Positions 1 to 6,616 of a stretch of DNA of 6,980 bases are shown here, in pieces; within the stretch, counting starts at the first letter, position 1, and each line of letters opens with the position of its first letter. The stretch covers positions 1 through 6,980 of the forward strand of contig NW_021829135.1 of assembly GCF_006345805.1 (NCBI RefSeq), in the 5' to 3' direction. This stretch comes from Octopus sinensis. Lineage: Eukaryota. The translations under genes and the position numbers were made by a program. The notes below the pieces were generated by a model, which did no database searches, was not told the DNA's origin, and worked only from the letters and a program-made list of their open reading frames with translations.

Positions 1-383
1 AGCTTTCTTTTAACTTTTTTACTTCGTTCCTGGATTATTTTCTTTATATTATTTATTTTTTTTTTGCAATGTTTCTTTTCCATTCTCGAAAATCTCCAGA
101 ATTCTTTTTTATTTGTTCTCCGTCTGCCAGACTTGCACCATTCCAATTTTATTAGTGGGTTCTTCGCATAATTTTGTTATTTAAATATTTTTCTCTAACT
201 TTCTTTGCTGGAATAATGTATTTTAATGGAATTTTCTTCTACTTTCAGAGTCGTTTACTCAATAGATTTTTGCGTTTACCGATTAGATTCTTCGTTTTTT
301 TGTCTCTTCAAATCTATGGCCATCTTTAAGTCTATGTTATATAGCTTAGAGTTCATATAATATCGATTTTATTTCTTATTGAT

Positions 384-425
384 TATATATATATATTAAT
401 ATATCTATAAATATATATATATATA
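384..425. repeat. Imperfect (TA)n microsatellite
   Basis: Directly visible TA dinucleotide run next to the 3' end of the SINE A copy. Confidence 0.9.
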
Positions 426-443
426 AATTAAAAAGACTTTAAA

Positions 444-765
444 GACTCCGCCGGTTACGACGACGAGGGTCCCAGCTGATACGATCAACGGAACAGCTTG
501 CTCGTGAAATTAACGTGCAAATGGCTGAGCATTCCACAGACACGTGTACCCTTAACGTAGTTCTCGGGGATAATCAGCGTGACACAGAGAGTGACAAGGC
601 TTACCCTTTGAAATAAAAAGTACAACTCATTTTTGCCAGCTGAGTGGACTGGAGCAACGTGAAATAAAGTGTCTTGCTCAAGGACACAACGCGTCGCCGG
701 GAATCGAACTCACAACCTTACGATCATGAGCCGAATGCCCTAACCACTAAGCCACGCGCCCTCAC
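444..765 (-). mobile_element. tRNA-derived SINE, family A, near full length
   Basis: On the minus strand: A box TGGCTTAGTGG (754-744) and B box GAGTTCGATTCC (711-700) in a tRNA-like head. This is followed by GTGTCCTTGAGCAAGACACTT (CORE-like SINE motif, from established knowledge) and a 3' region (544-445) that recurs at 5422-5525. Confidence 0.9.
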
Positions 766-778
766 ACATATATATAAA

Positions 779-998
779 TAAACATTATCGGTCATACGTA
801 AACAATCTACGCATTTTGTTTATTCACTGGATTTGCTGCGGGATAACATTTAGGAAGACTCCCTAATAACCCAAGTGCAGGGTGTTGATAAACCACGAAA
901 ATGGGGAAATATCTGTACCCACCACTGTTGGGTTCGATCCGTGGTGTGTTGTACCGCCTGGTCTATGACTTTCAAGTGTTTAACACCCAGCGTTATTA
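779..998. mobile_element. Truncated copy (first 220 bp) of the MITE-like fold-back element
   Basis: Aligns without gaps to 1501-1720 (offset 722) with 8 substitutions by manual count. It ends abruptly at the SINE B tail. Confidence 0.85.
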
Positions 999-1252
999 TC
1001 TTTATTTTTTATCTTTTACTTGTTTCAGTCATTTGACTGCGGCCATGCTGGAGCACCGCCTTTAATCGAGCAACTCGACCCCGGTACTTATTCTTTTTGT
1101 AAGCTCAGTACTTATTCTATTGGTCTCTTTTTGCCGAACTGCTAAGTGACGGGGACATAACACAACACACCAAATCGGTTGTCAATCAATGCTAGGGGGA
1201 CAAACACAGACACAAACAAACACACCACGCATATTATATATATTATATTATA

Positions 1253-1309
<57 letters not shown>

Positions 1310-1488
1310 ATTATACACATAACACGACGGGGTTCTTTCAGTTTCCGTCTACAAATCCACTCACAAGGCTTTGGTCAGCCCGAGGCTATAGTAGAAGACA
1401 CTTGTCCAAGGTGCCACGCAGTGGGACTGAACCCGGAACCATGTGGTTGGTAAGCAAGCTACTTACCACACAACCACTCCTGCGCCTA
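999..1488 (-). mobile_element. tRNA-derived SINE, family B copy 1, with internal (CA)/(TA)n spacer
   Basis: Minus-strand head TAGGCGCAGGAGTGGTTGTGTGG...GGGTTCAGTCC (A and B boxes), then TTGGACAAGTGTCTT, an internal microsatellite (~1200-1320) and a purine-rich tail ending near 999. Homologous along its length to 4029-4459. Confidence 0.93.
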
Positions 1489-1500
1489 TATATATATATA

Positions 1501-1816
1501 TAAACATTATCGATCATACGTAAACAATCTACGCATTTTGCTTATTCACTGAATTTGCTGCGGGATAACAGTTAGGAAGACTCCCTAATAACCCAAGCGC
1601 AGGGCGTTGTTAAACCACGAAAATGGGGAAATATCTGTACCCACCACTGTTGGGTTCGATCCGTGGTGTGTTGTACCACCTGGTCTATGACTTTCAAGTG
1701 TTTAACACCCAGCGTTATTAGGGAGTCTCCTTAAAACACTATCCCGCTGCAAATTCGTAGAATATAAAAAAAAAAACCCAAAACGTGCATTGTGCACGTG
1801 TGATCTATAATGTTTA
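1501..1816. mobile_element. MITE-like non-autonomous DNA element with long imperfect terminal inverted repeats, TA-flanked
   Basis: 1501-1516 vs revcomp 1801-1816 match 15/16; 1551-1567 vs revcomp 1740-1756 match 16/17; 1578-1592 vs revcomp 1714-1728 match 15/15. TA lies at 1499-1500 and 1817-1818. No coding capacity. A Tc1/mariner-type TA target is an inference. Confidence 0.8.
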
Positions 1817-1838
1817 TAAAGCTGGTTTTAACTCCTAA

Positions 1839-1841
<3 letters not shown>

Positions 1842-1888
<47 letters not shown>

Positions 1889-1894
1889 CACACA

Positions 1895-1935
<41 letters not shown>
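1842..1935. repeat. (CA)n microsatellite
   Basis: Directly visible, with two small interruptions. Confidence 0.97.
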
Positions 1936-1936
<1 letters not shown>

Positions 1937-2381
1937 TACTGTATGTCTATCATTGATTTCTTTTTCACTAACATGGTTATATTCTTGGTTAAAATATTAT
2001 TGCTTTATTTTTTTCGCTTTTCGTTGCTCTTTTTTACTAACCTTTTTTTCCCCCACCCCCCACCTAGACAGGTTGTTTCTTCTTTTATTTTAACCATTTT
2101 TTTCCCCTGTGATTTCCGTTCCAGTTACTTCGGTTACTGCACAAGTTATGGCTCACACCATTTATGTCATTTATTTGATTTACCATTTCTCTTAATGACT
2201 AACTCCTCTCATTACACATCTCTTTTATCTTACTTTCACATATTGGTCTGCTTTGATTTTTATCGTTTCAAATTTCCGTTTATTTTCGTTTTTTTTTTTT
2301 GCTTTTACGTCGATTTCTAGTTTTTTTGCTTTCGTTCTTTTCTATTTTTTTATGTATTGTATTTGATTGACATTTTTTTTT

Positions 2382-2491
2382 TTAGCTGCAGGTCAATTCT
2401 GGTTTAACCGATCGACAATCAAAGTTCGAAAGACAAGAAGCACTCCTTGCTACCGTAAAACGTATCCCTGTATTCGTGGATGTACCCCTGT
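2382..2491 (-). CDS. Candidate terminal coding exon C of an unidentified minus-strand gene
   Basis: GC-richer island. CCTTAG (AG at 2493-2492) is the first AG after a long minus-strand pyrimidine tract. One frame reads DRGTSTNTGIRFTVARSASCLSNFDCRSVKPELTCS* (stop 2384-2382); another reads QGYIHEYRDTFYGSKECFLSFEL* (stop 2421-2419). AATAAA occurs on the minus strand at 2284-2279, though that is weak evidence in A-rich DNA. Confidence 0.35.
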
Positions 2492-2518
2492 CTAAGGCAA
2501 TTTTCGAAGATACGGTTG

Positions 2519-2843
2519 GAGAAGAAGAGGAAGAGGAAGAAAAGAAAAAGAGGAAGAAGAGGAGGAAAGGAAGAAGAAGAGGAAGATGAGGAAAGGAAGA
2601 AGAAGAAGAAGAAGAAAAAGAAAAAGAGGAGGAAGATGAGGAAAGGAAGAAGAAGTAGAGGAAGAAAAAGAAAAAGAGGAGAAAGATGAGGAAAGGAGGA
2701 AGAAGAAGAAGAGGAAGAAAAAGAAAAAGAAAAAGAGGAGGAAGATGGGGAAAGGAAGAAGAAGAAGAAGAGGAAGAAAAAGAAAAAGAGGAGGAAGATG
2801 AGGAAAGGAAGAAGTGGAGGAAGAGGAGGAAAGGAAGAAGAAG
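2519..2843. repeat. Polypurine GAA/GAG compound repeat with ~50-59 bp higher-order units
   Basis: The motif GATG(A/G)GGAAAGG recurs at 2585, 2635, 2685, 2744 and 2797. The plus strand is almost free of pyrimidines. Confidence 0.92.
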
Positions 2844-2936
2844 ATAGATAGATTGATAGATAGGTAGATAGATAGATAGACTGACATGTTCATAGAGTTC
2901 TCCCAAGGATATACATACATACATACATACATACAC
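2843..2936. repeat. (GATA)n and (TACA)n tetranucleotide microsatellites
   Basis: GATA run at ~2843-2880 and TACA run at ~2911-2936. Confidence 0.9.
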
Positions 2937-2982
2937 ATAGGTGTGTGTTTATGTATAACGTGAAAATGAAAGGTAACAGAAT

Positions 2983-3261
2983 GGAAGAAGAAGAAGAAGA
3001 AGGAGTGGAAGAAGAAGAAGAAGAAGTGGAAGAAGAAGAAGTGGAAGAAGAAGAAGTGGAAGAAGAAGAAGTGGAAGAAGAAGAAATGGAAGAAGAAGTG
3101 AAGAGAAGAAGAAGAAGAAGAAGAAGAAGAAGAAGAAGGAGAAGAAAGACGATGACGACGACGACGAAGAAGAAGAAGGAGAAGAAGAAGAAGAAGAAGA
3201 AGAAGAAGAAGAAGAAGAAGAAGAAGAAGAAGAAGAAGAAAAGAGAAGAAGAAGAGGAAGA
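2983..3261. repeat. (GAA)n-based repeat with a 15-bp GTGGAAGAAGAAGAA subarray
   Basis: 15-bp units start at 3026, 3041, 3056, 3071 and 3086 (variant), followed by long GAA runs and a short (GAC)n. Confidence 0.95.
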
Positions 3262-3425
3262 TTTATAAGAAGCAGACAAAGAAAATTCTATTCTAACAGC
3301 ATCAATGTCTGAACGGATTTGAACTGAACACCGGATCTGATCCGTGCGTGGCAGGACACAGAGACCAGTGGCGGTTGGTCACTAATCGGACCGTTTAGAG
3401 TGACAGCAATATTTGCCTGGTTCAC

Positions 3426-3484
3426 CTTGATCTTCTGGTTTGTGTAGAGCAACAAATCCCGAAGCAAATTTGGTTTGCCATACT
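3426..3484 (-). CDS. Candidate coding exon B (59 nt internal, or extending to 3288 as a terminal exon)
   Basis: Acceptor TTCAG (AG at 3486-3485) and donor AAG|GTGAAC (GT at 3425-3424). In phase with exon A it reads VWQTKFASGFVALHKPEDQ. A different frame is open from 3506 to a TAG at 3290-3288 (EYGKPNLLRDLLLYTNQKIKVNQANIAVTLNGPISDQPPLVSVSCHARIRSGVQFKSVQTLMLLE*). GC-richer than its flanks. Confidence 0.45.
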
Positions 3485-3555
3485 CTGAATTGTTGACGTT
3501 CTTTCGTTATATAAAGAACAGTTAAGAAAGGCAGATGTGGAGAGTAAGTGATTAA

Positions 3556-3645
3556 GAGTGAGAGAAAGAGAGAAATAGTGAAAGAGAGAAGGAGAGAGAG
3601 AGAGAGGGAGAGAGAGATAGAAAGAGAAAGAAGGGAGAATAGAGA
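3556..3645. repeat. (GA)-rich low-complexity repeat
   Basis: Directly visible. Confidence 0.88.
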
Positions 3646-4028
3646 GGTGCCTCAAATATCTGTCAATGATTTAGTTTGTTGAAATTTGGGCCAGATCAGC
3701 GCTGAATGACGAAAACTATAAACAGACGTATTTTATAAGATATATATTTCATTCTTCTCCTCAGTTATAGGACGCCCGAGATCGATAAATATTCAATGTG
3801 TCCTTTTCTGAAACGAAAGGAGACATTTGAGAGACACGTGACTGGCTAAGGGACTTCATAGTGCAGTAATTCTCAACCTTTTCACTAAATTAAAATGAAC
3901 CTTTCTCTGGAATCTAGACTTTTGAAAGTCCTCTCTACTAAACAACTCAATTTTATTAATAAAAAACAAACTAATTTTCTTAGTTTCCTGTCTCGATATA
4001 TCGATATATATATATATATATATATATA

Positions 4029-4459
4029 CTCTTTTATTTTTTTATTCTCTTTTACTTGTTTCACTCATTTGACTGCGGCCATGCTGGAGCACCGCCTTTA
4101 GTCGAGCAAATCGACCCCGGGACTTATTCTTTGTAAGCCCAGTACTTATCCTATCGGTCGCTTTTGCCGAACCGCTAAGTGACGGGGACGTAAACACACC
4201 AACATTGGTTGTCAAGCAATGCTAGGGGGACAAACACAGATACACAAACACACACACACACATACACACACACATATATATATATATACATATATACGAC
4301 AGGCTTCTTTCAGTTTCCGTCTACCAAATCCACTCACAAGGCATTGGTCGGCCCGGGCCTATAGCAGAAGACTTGCCCAAGATGCCACGCAGTGGGACTG
4401 AACCCGGAACCATGTGGTTGGTTAGCAAGCTACTTACCACACAGCCACTCCTGCGCCTA
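4029..4459 (-). mobile_element. tRNA-derived SINE, family B copy 2
   Basis: Same head, microsatellite spacer and tail as 999-1488. The heads differ at about 13 of ~165 positions by manual comparison. (TA)n lies on both sides. Confidence 0.93.
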
Positions 4460-4636
4460 TATATATATAAATATATATATGTAAAGCAGGATATACAACC
4501 AAGTGAATGACATGAATTCATCCATAAAACCTTTGTTTTACGACATAGCGGACGTTGTATTGTTAACATTAAGTTCTGATTCTAAAGTTCAGGTTTTATG
4601 TATCGATTGGGTTTTAGAAATGTTTAAAACACTTAC

Positions 4637-4697
4637 ACTATTCCTGCAAGTGTTTGGAAATGATTTAAACTGCTTGAAGTTTGCCATTATCAGCGTT
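4637..4697 (-). other. Possible cassette exon D (61 nt; 86 nt if the upstream acceptor is used)
   Basis: Consensus donor GTAAGT (4636-4631). Acceptors are CTTTAG (AG 4699-4698) and TTTTTAATGTTTCAG (AG 4724-4723). The 61-nt form reads TLIMANFKQFKSFPNTCRNS after exon A; the 86-nt form has stops in all three frames. Confidence 0.2.
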
Positions 4698-4856
4698 CTA
4701 AAGAGTTATTCAACATTTTGAACTGAAACATTAAAAAATTTCGGACTTAGTTGGTGGATCCTGACGTCTAGAGCCGCCATAGAGCTTTACCTGGGCAAAT
4801 CAATGAAAATAGACCAGATATGGACATCTAGAGCCATGAGGCCCCCGGGAAATTAC

Positions 4857-5033
4857 ATGATGTTACCACCACTTCGAACGACATTGTTCTCTACCACCTT
4901 TTTGAACGCCAGCTTAGGAACCGCCGGGTTAGGGGCTGAGTCTTTGATTTGAATATCCAGTTGGTGGTCTGGCACCGTATAATTAAACGTCACCGTCCAT
5001 CCATCCTCTCCGCCCACTATTCCGGGGAGGGTC
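4857..5033 (-). CDS. Candidate internal coding exon A of an unidentified gene
   Basis: Branch-point-like GCTAAC (5063-5058) lies ~25 nt upstream of CACAG|G (AG 5035-5034). Only one frame is open: TLPGIVGGEDGWTVTFNYTVPDHQLDIQIKDSAPNPAVPKLAFKKVVENNVVRSGGNI. Donors are AT|GTAATT (4856) or G|GTAACA (4866). Non-repetitive and GC-richer than the background. Family not recognised. Confidence 0.55.
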
Positions 5034-5257
5034 CTGTGTGTGTGGGGTGGGTGGGATGTTAGCGGAGGAGTAGGGGAGGTTAGAATAATCATGCACCCTC
5101 TCCATTCCCAATCTGTTCTTTCAGCTTTTCTGCGTTCGAAATTTACTCTCTTCTCTGCAAAATGCCAACCACATTCGACGTTTCCAAAGTTTATTCATAA
5201 AATGTCTCATTCGAGGGCTATAATTGAGCATTAAAATTGACGTCAATAGCCGTTAGG

Positions 5258-5329
5258 GGCCGTATAGCTTAATGGTTAGGGCACTCACCCGATATCTGAG
5301 GGGTACGGGTTCGTTTCCCGTAGCCACCT
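5258..5329 (+). pseudogene. tRNA-like sequence (tRNA pseudogene or solo SINE head), GAT at the anticodon position
   Basis: A box TAGCTTAATGG (5265-5275); D stem GCTT/GGGC; anticodon stem CTCAC/CTGAG (one mismatch) around the loop CCGATAT; T arm ACGGG-TTCGTTT-CCCGT. The acceptor stem is broken. A T-rich tract follows at ~5337-5355. Confidence 0.65.
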
Positions 5330-5421
5330 ACCGTAATTTATTTCTTCTTTCTTTTCACCGTCTTCTAAGGGTAAATACTCAATCTTTCTCTGCTGTCTTT
5401 ACAGATTTACTGCGTTCGAAA

Positions 5422-5531
5422 CGTGTCTGTGGAGTGCTCAGTCACTTACAGGTTAATTTCACGAGCAGGCTGTTCCGTTGATTCGGATCAACCGGAACCC
5501 TCATCGTCGTAACCGACGGAGTGCTTCCACC
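5422..5531 (+). mobile_element. 5'-truncated retroposon insertion (family A 3' tail) with a 13-bp target-site duplication
   Basis: Matches revcomp of 445-544 at roughly 85% by eye. Flanked by identical ACTGCGTTCGAAA at 5409-5421 and 5532-5544. Confidence 0.9.
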
Positions 5532-5579
5532 ACTGCGTTCGAAATTTTCTTTCTTGTCTGCAAAATACCAACCGTTATT

Positions 5580-5926
5580 AGACTTTTTGCGTGGATTCTC
5601 AAGCTCGATCAGCTAAATCTAAATCTATAGGTATCCAACCATTTCGTATTGGTTCTGCTGACGGTTGGCTCGGCTTGAAGAATTCATCTTGCGATTTTTC
5701 CTACGACTCTCTAATCTCATTGTTCATTATACCTGGGCTGTTGTGACCTGTCAATGCAAAGTAGTGCCTCAACTTGGAGAGACACCCAAATCTCCGAGCT
5801 ACGCACTCTGTCGAGTGTTGCAGCTCCGGGGAACCTTCGGAAGAACCCAATTTCAGTGGCTCCTATTCGCGATTTTACTCTTTCGGTCACAACAACGTAT
5901 ATTTCTGTTGTCTCAAACACTTTCAT
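5580..5926 (-). mobile_element. Decayed RTE-clade non-LTR retrotransposon fragment, C-terminal part of ORF2 downstream of the RT core
   Basis: One minus frame reads VVVTERVKSRIGATEIGFFRRFPGAATLDRVRSSEIWVSLQVEALLCIDRSQ...KIAR*ILQAEPTVSRTNTKWLDT with three in-frame stops. This matches the RTE/Rex3-type pattern (W-V-M-T-E-R...AEM-F-L-R-R...DRVRSS-IR--L-VE-LL--IERSQLRW...GRPR-RW-D) recalled from established knowledge. Confidence 0.85.
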
Positions 5927-6156
5927 TTAATTATATCATATTTGTGTTTTTCTCACATTTGCCCCAAAAGTCATTAAAAATTTCTTTAGCTTTCAGCTGA
6001 TGCATAACTCAGCTCTCAGCAAAACAGAAACATTAATTATTCGTCCATTTCCAAGTCTCCAGAGAAAGTTTTCCTTCGGTGAATAGAAACTAATAGAGGA
6101 CTTGGAATAATAACAAACCGAATATTATTAGAGGCTCTGTAGACATGTCACATCAT

Positions 6157-6378
6157 TTCTTCTTCTTCTTCTTCTTCTCATTATCGCCATCAGTCTATTC
6201 CCGCCTCCACCTCCTCACCTCTCTTACACCCCCCTCTCTCTCTCTCTTACGCCTCCTCCCTTCTCTACTCTCTTACGCCTGCTCTCCTCTCTTACTCTGT
6301 CTCTAGTCTTTTACTCCTCCTCCTTCTCCTCCTCATTGTTGTTGTTGTTATTATTATTATTACTATAATTATTATTAT
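6157..6378. repeat. Low-complexity tract: (TTC)n, CT-rich, (GTT)n and (ATT)n
   Basis: Directly visible; includes a short internal repeat of CTCTCTTACGCCT. Confidence 0.85.
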
Positions 6379-6534
6379 GGCGGTGAGCTGGTAGAATCCT
6401 TAGCACGCCGGGCGAAATGTTTAGCGGTATTTCGTCTGTCTGCATGCTCTGTGTTCAAATGCCGCCGGGGTCGATGTAATCGACTTAATCTCTTCCCCTA
6501 AATTTGAGGCCCTGTGCCTCAGTAGAAAGAATTA

Positions 6535-6604
<70 letters not shown>

Positions 6605-6616
6605 CGTTATTATTAT
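6379..6616 (+). mobile_element. SINE family C copy 1 (internally deleted) with (ATT)n tail
   Basis: tRNA-like head GGCGGTGAGCTGGTAGAATC...GTGTTCAAAT. The body ends AGTAGAAAGA at 6530 and the (ATT)n tail runs 6531-6616. It lacks the ACTTTGCC...AAGTACCAG segment present in copies 2 and 3. Confidence 0.9.

Noticed and set aside
1-360. A-rich minus strand with protein-like snippets (e.g. MNSKLYNIDLKMAIDLKRQKTKNL); similar composition at 1936-2340. Possibly an old LINE split by the nested insertions.
   Set aside because: Multiple stops and no recognisable endonuclease or RT motif. Composition alone is insufficient.
1189-1503. 104-aa ORF, and the related 4219-4401 and 4321-4569 ORFs
   Set aside because: They lie within SINE B and its TA/CA spacer.
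1731-2320. ORFs 1731-1934 (poly-CV) and 1943-2320 (Phe-rich, membrane-like)
   Set aside because: These are translations of the (CA)n repeat and of T-rich DNA, which avoids stop codons by composition.
2386-2520. Plus-strand frame LQVNSGLTDRQSKFERQEALLATVKRIPVFVDVPLSKAIFEDTVG after a poly-T/AG acceptor
   Set aside because: No convincing donor, it runs into the GAA repeat, and no other plus-strand exon supports it. It is the antisense register of a minus frame. Not fully excluded; stranded RNA-seq would decide.
2480-3279. Poly-E/K/R and poly-F/S/L ORFs on both strands
   Set aside because: Microsatellite translations.
3297-3398. Plus-strand HQCLNGFELNTGSDPCV, superficially EGF-like
   Set aside because: Only two cysteines, it hits a stop, and it is the antisense shadow of the longer minus frame.
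3740-3835. Strong-looking acceptor sites on both strands
   Set aside because: All frames stop within about 30 codons and there is no good donor.
3864-3882. CAGTAATTCTCAACCTTTT, resembling a hAT/Charlie-type TIR
   Set aside because: No partner inverted repeat or 8-bp TSD was found in the window.
4503-4721. 72-aa plus-strand ORF
   Set aside because: AT-rich, no recognisable motif, and antisense to the better-supported exons.
4763-4835. 13-bp direct repeat GAC(G/A)TCTAGAGCC at 60-bp spacing, with a minus-strand CAG|GTAAAG between the copies
   Set aside because: Too short to assign, and no matching acceptor or frame links it to the gene model.
5003-5020. IVGGED in exon A, like a trypsin-family mature N-terminus
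   Set aside because: The expected downstream pattern (PWQVSL, Cys, catalytic His motif) is absent.
5665-6000. Plus-strand 111-aa and 67-aa ORFs
   Set aside because: Antisense shadows of the RTE LINE fragment; the 111-aa ORF starts at TTG rather than ATG.
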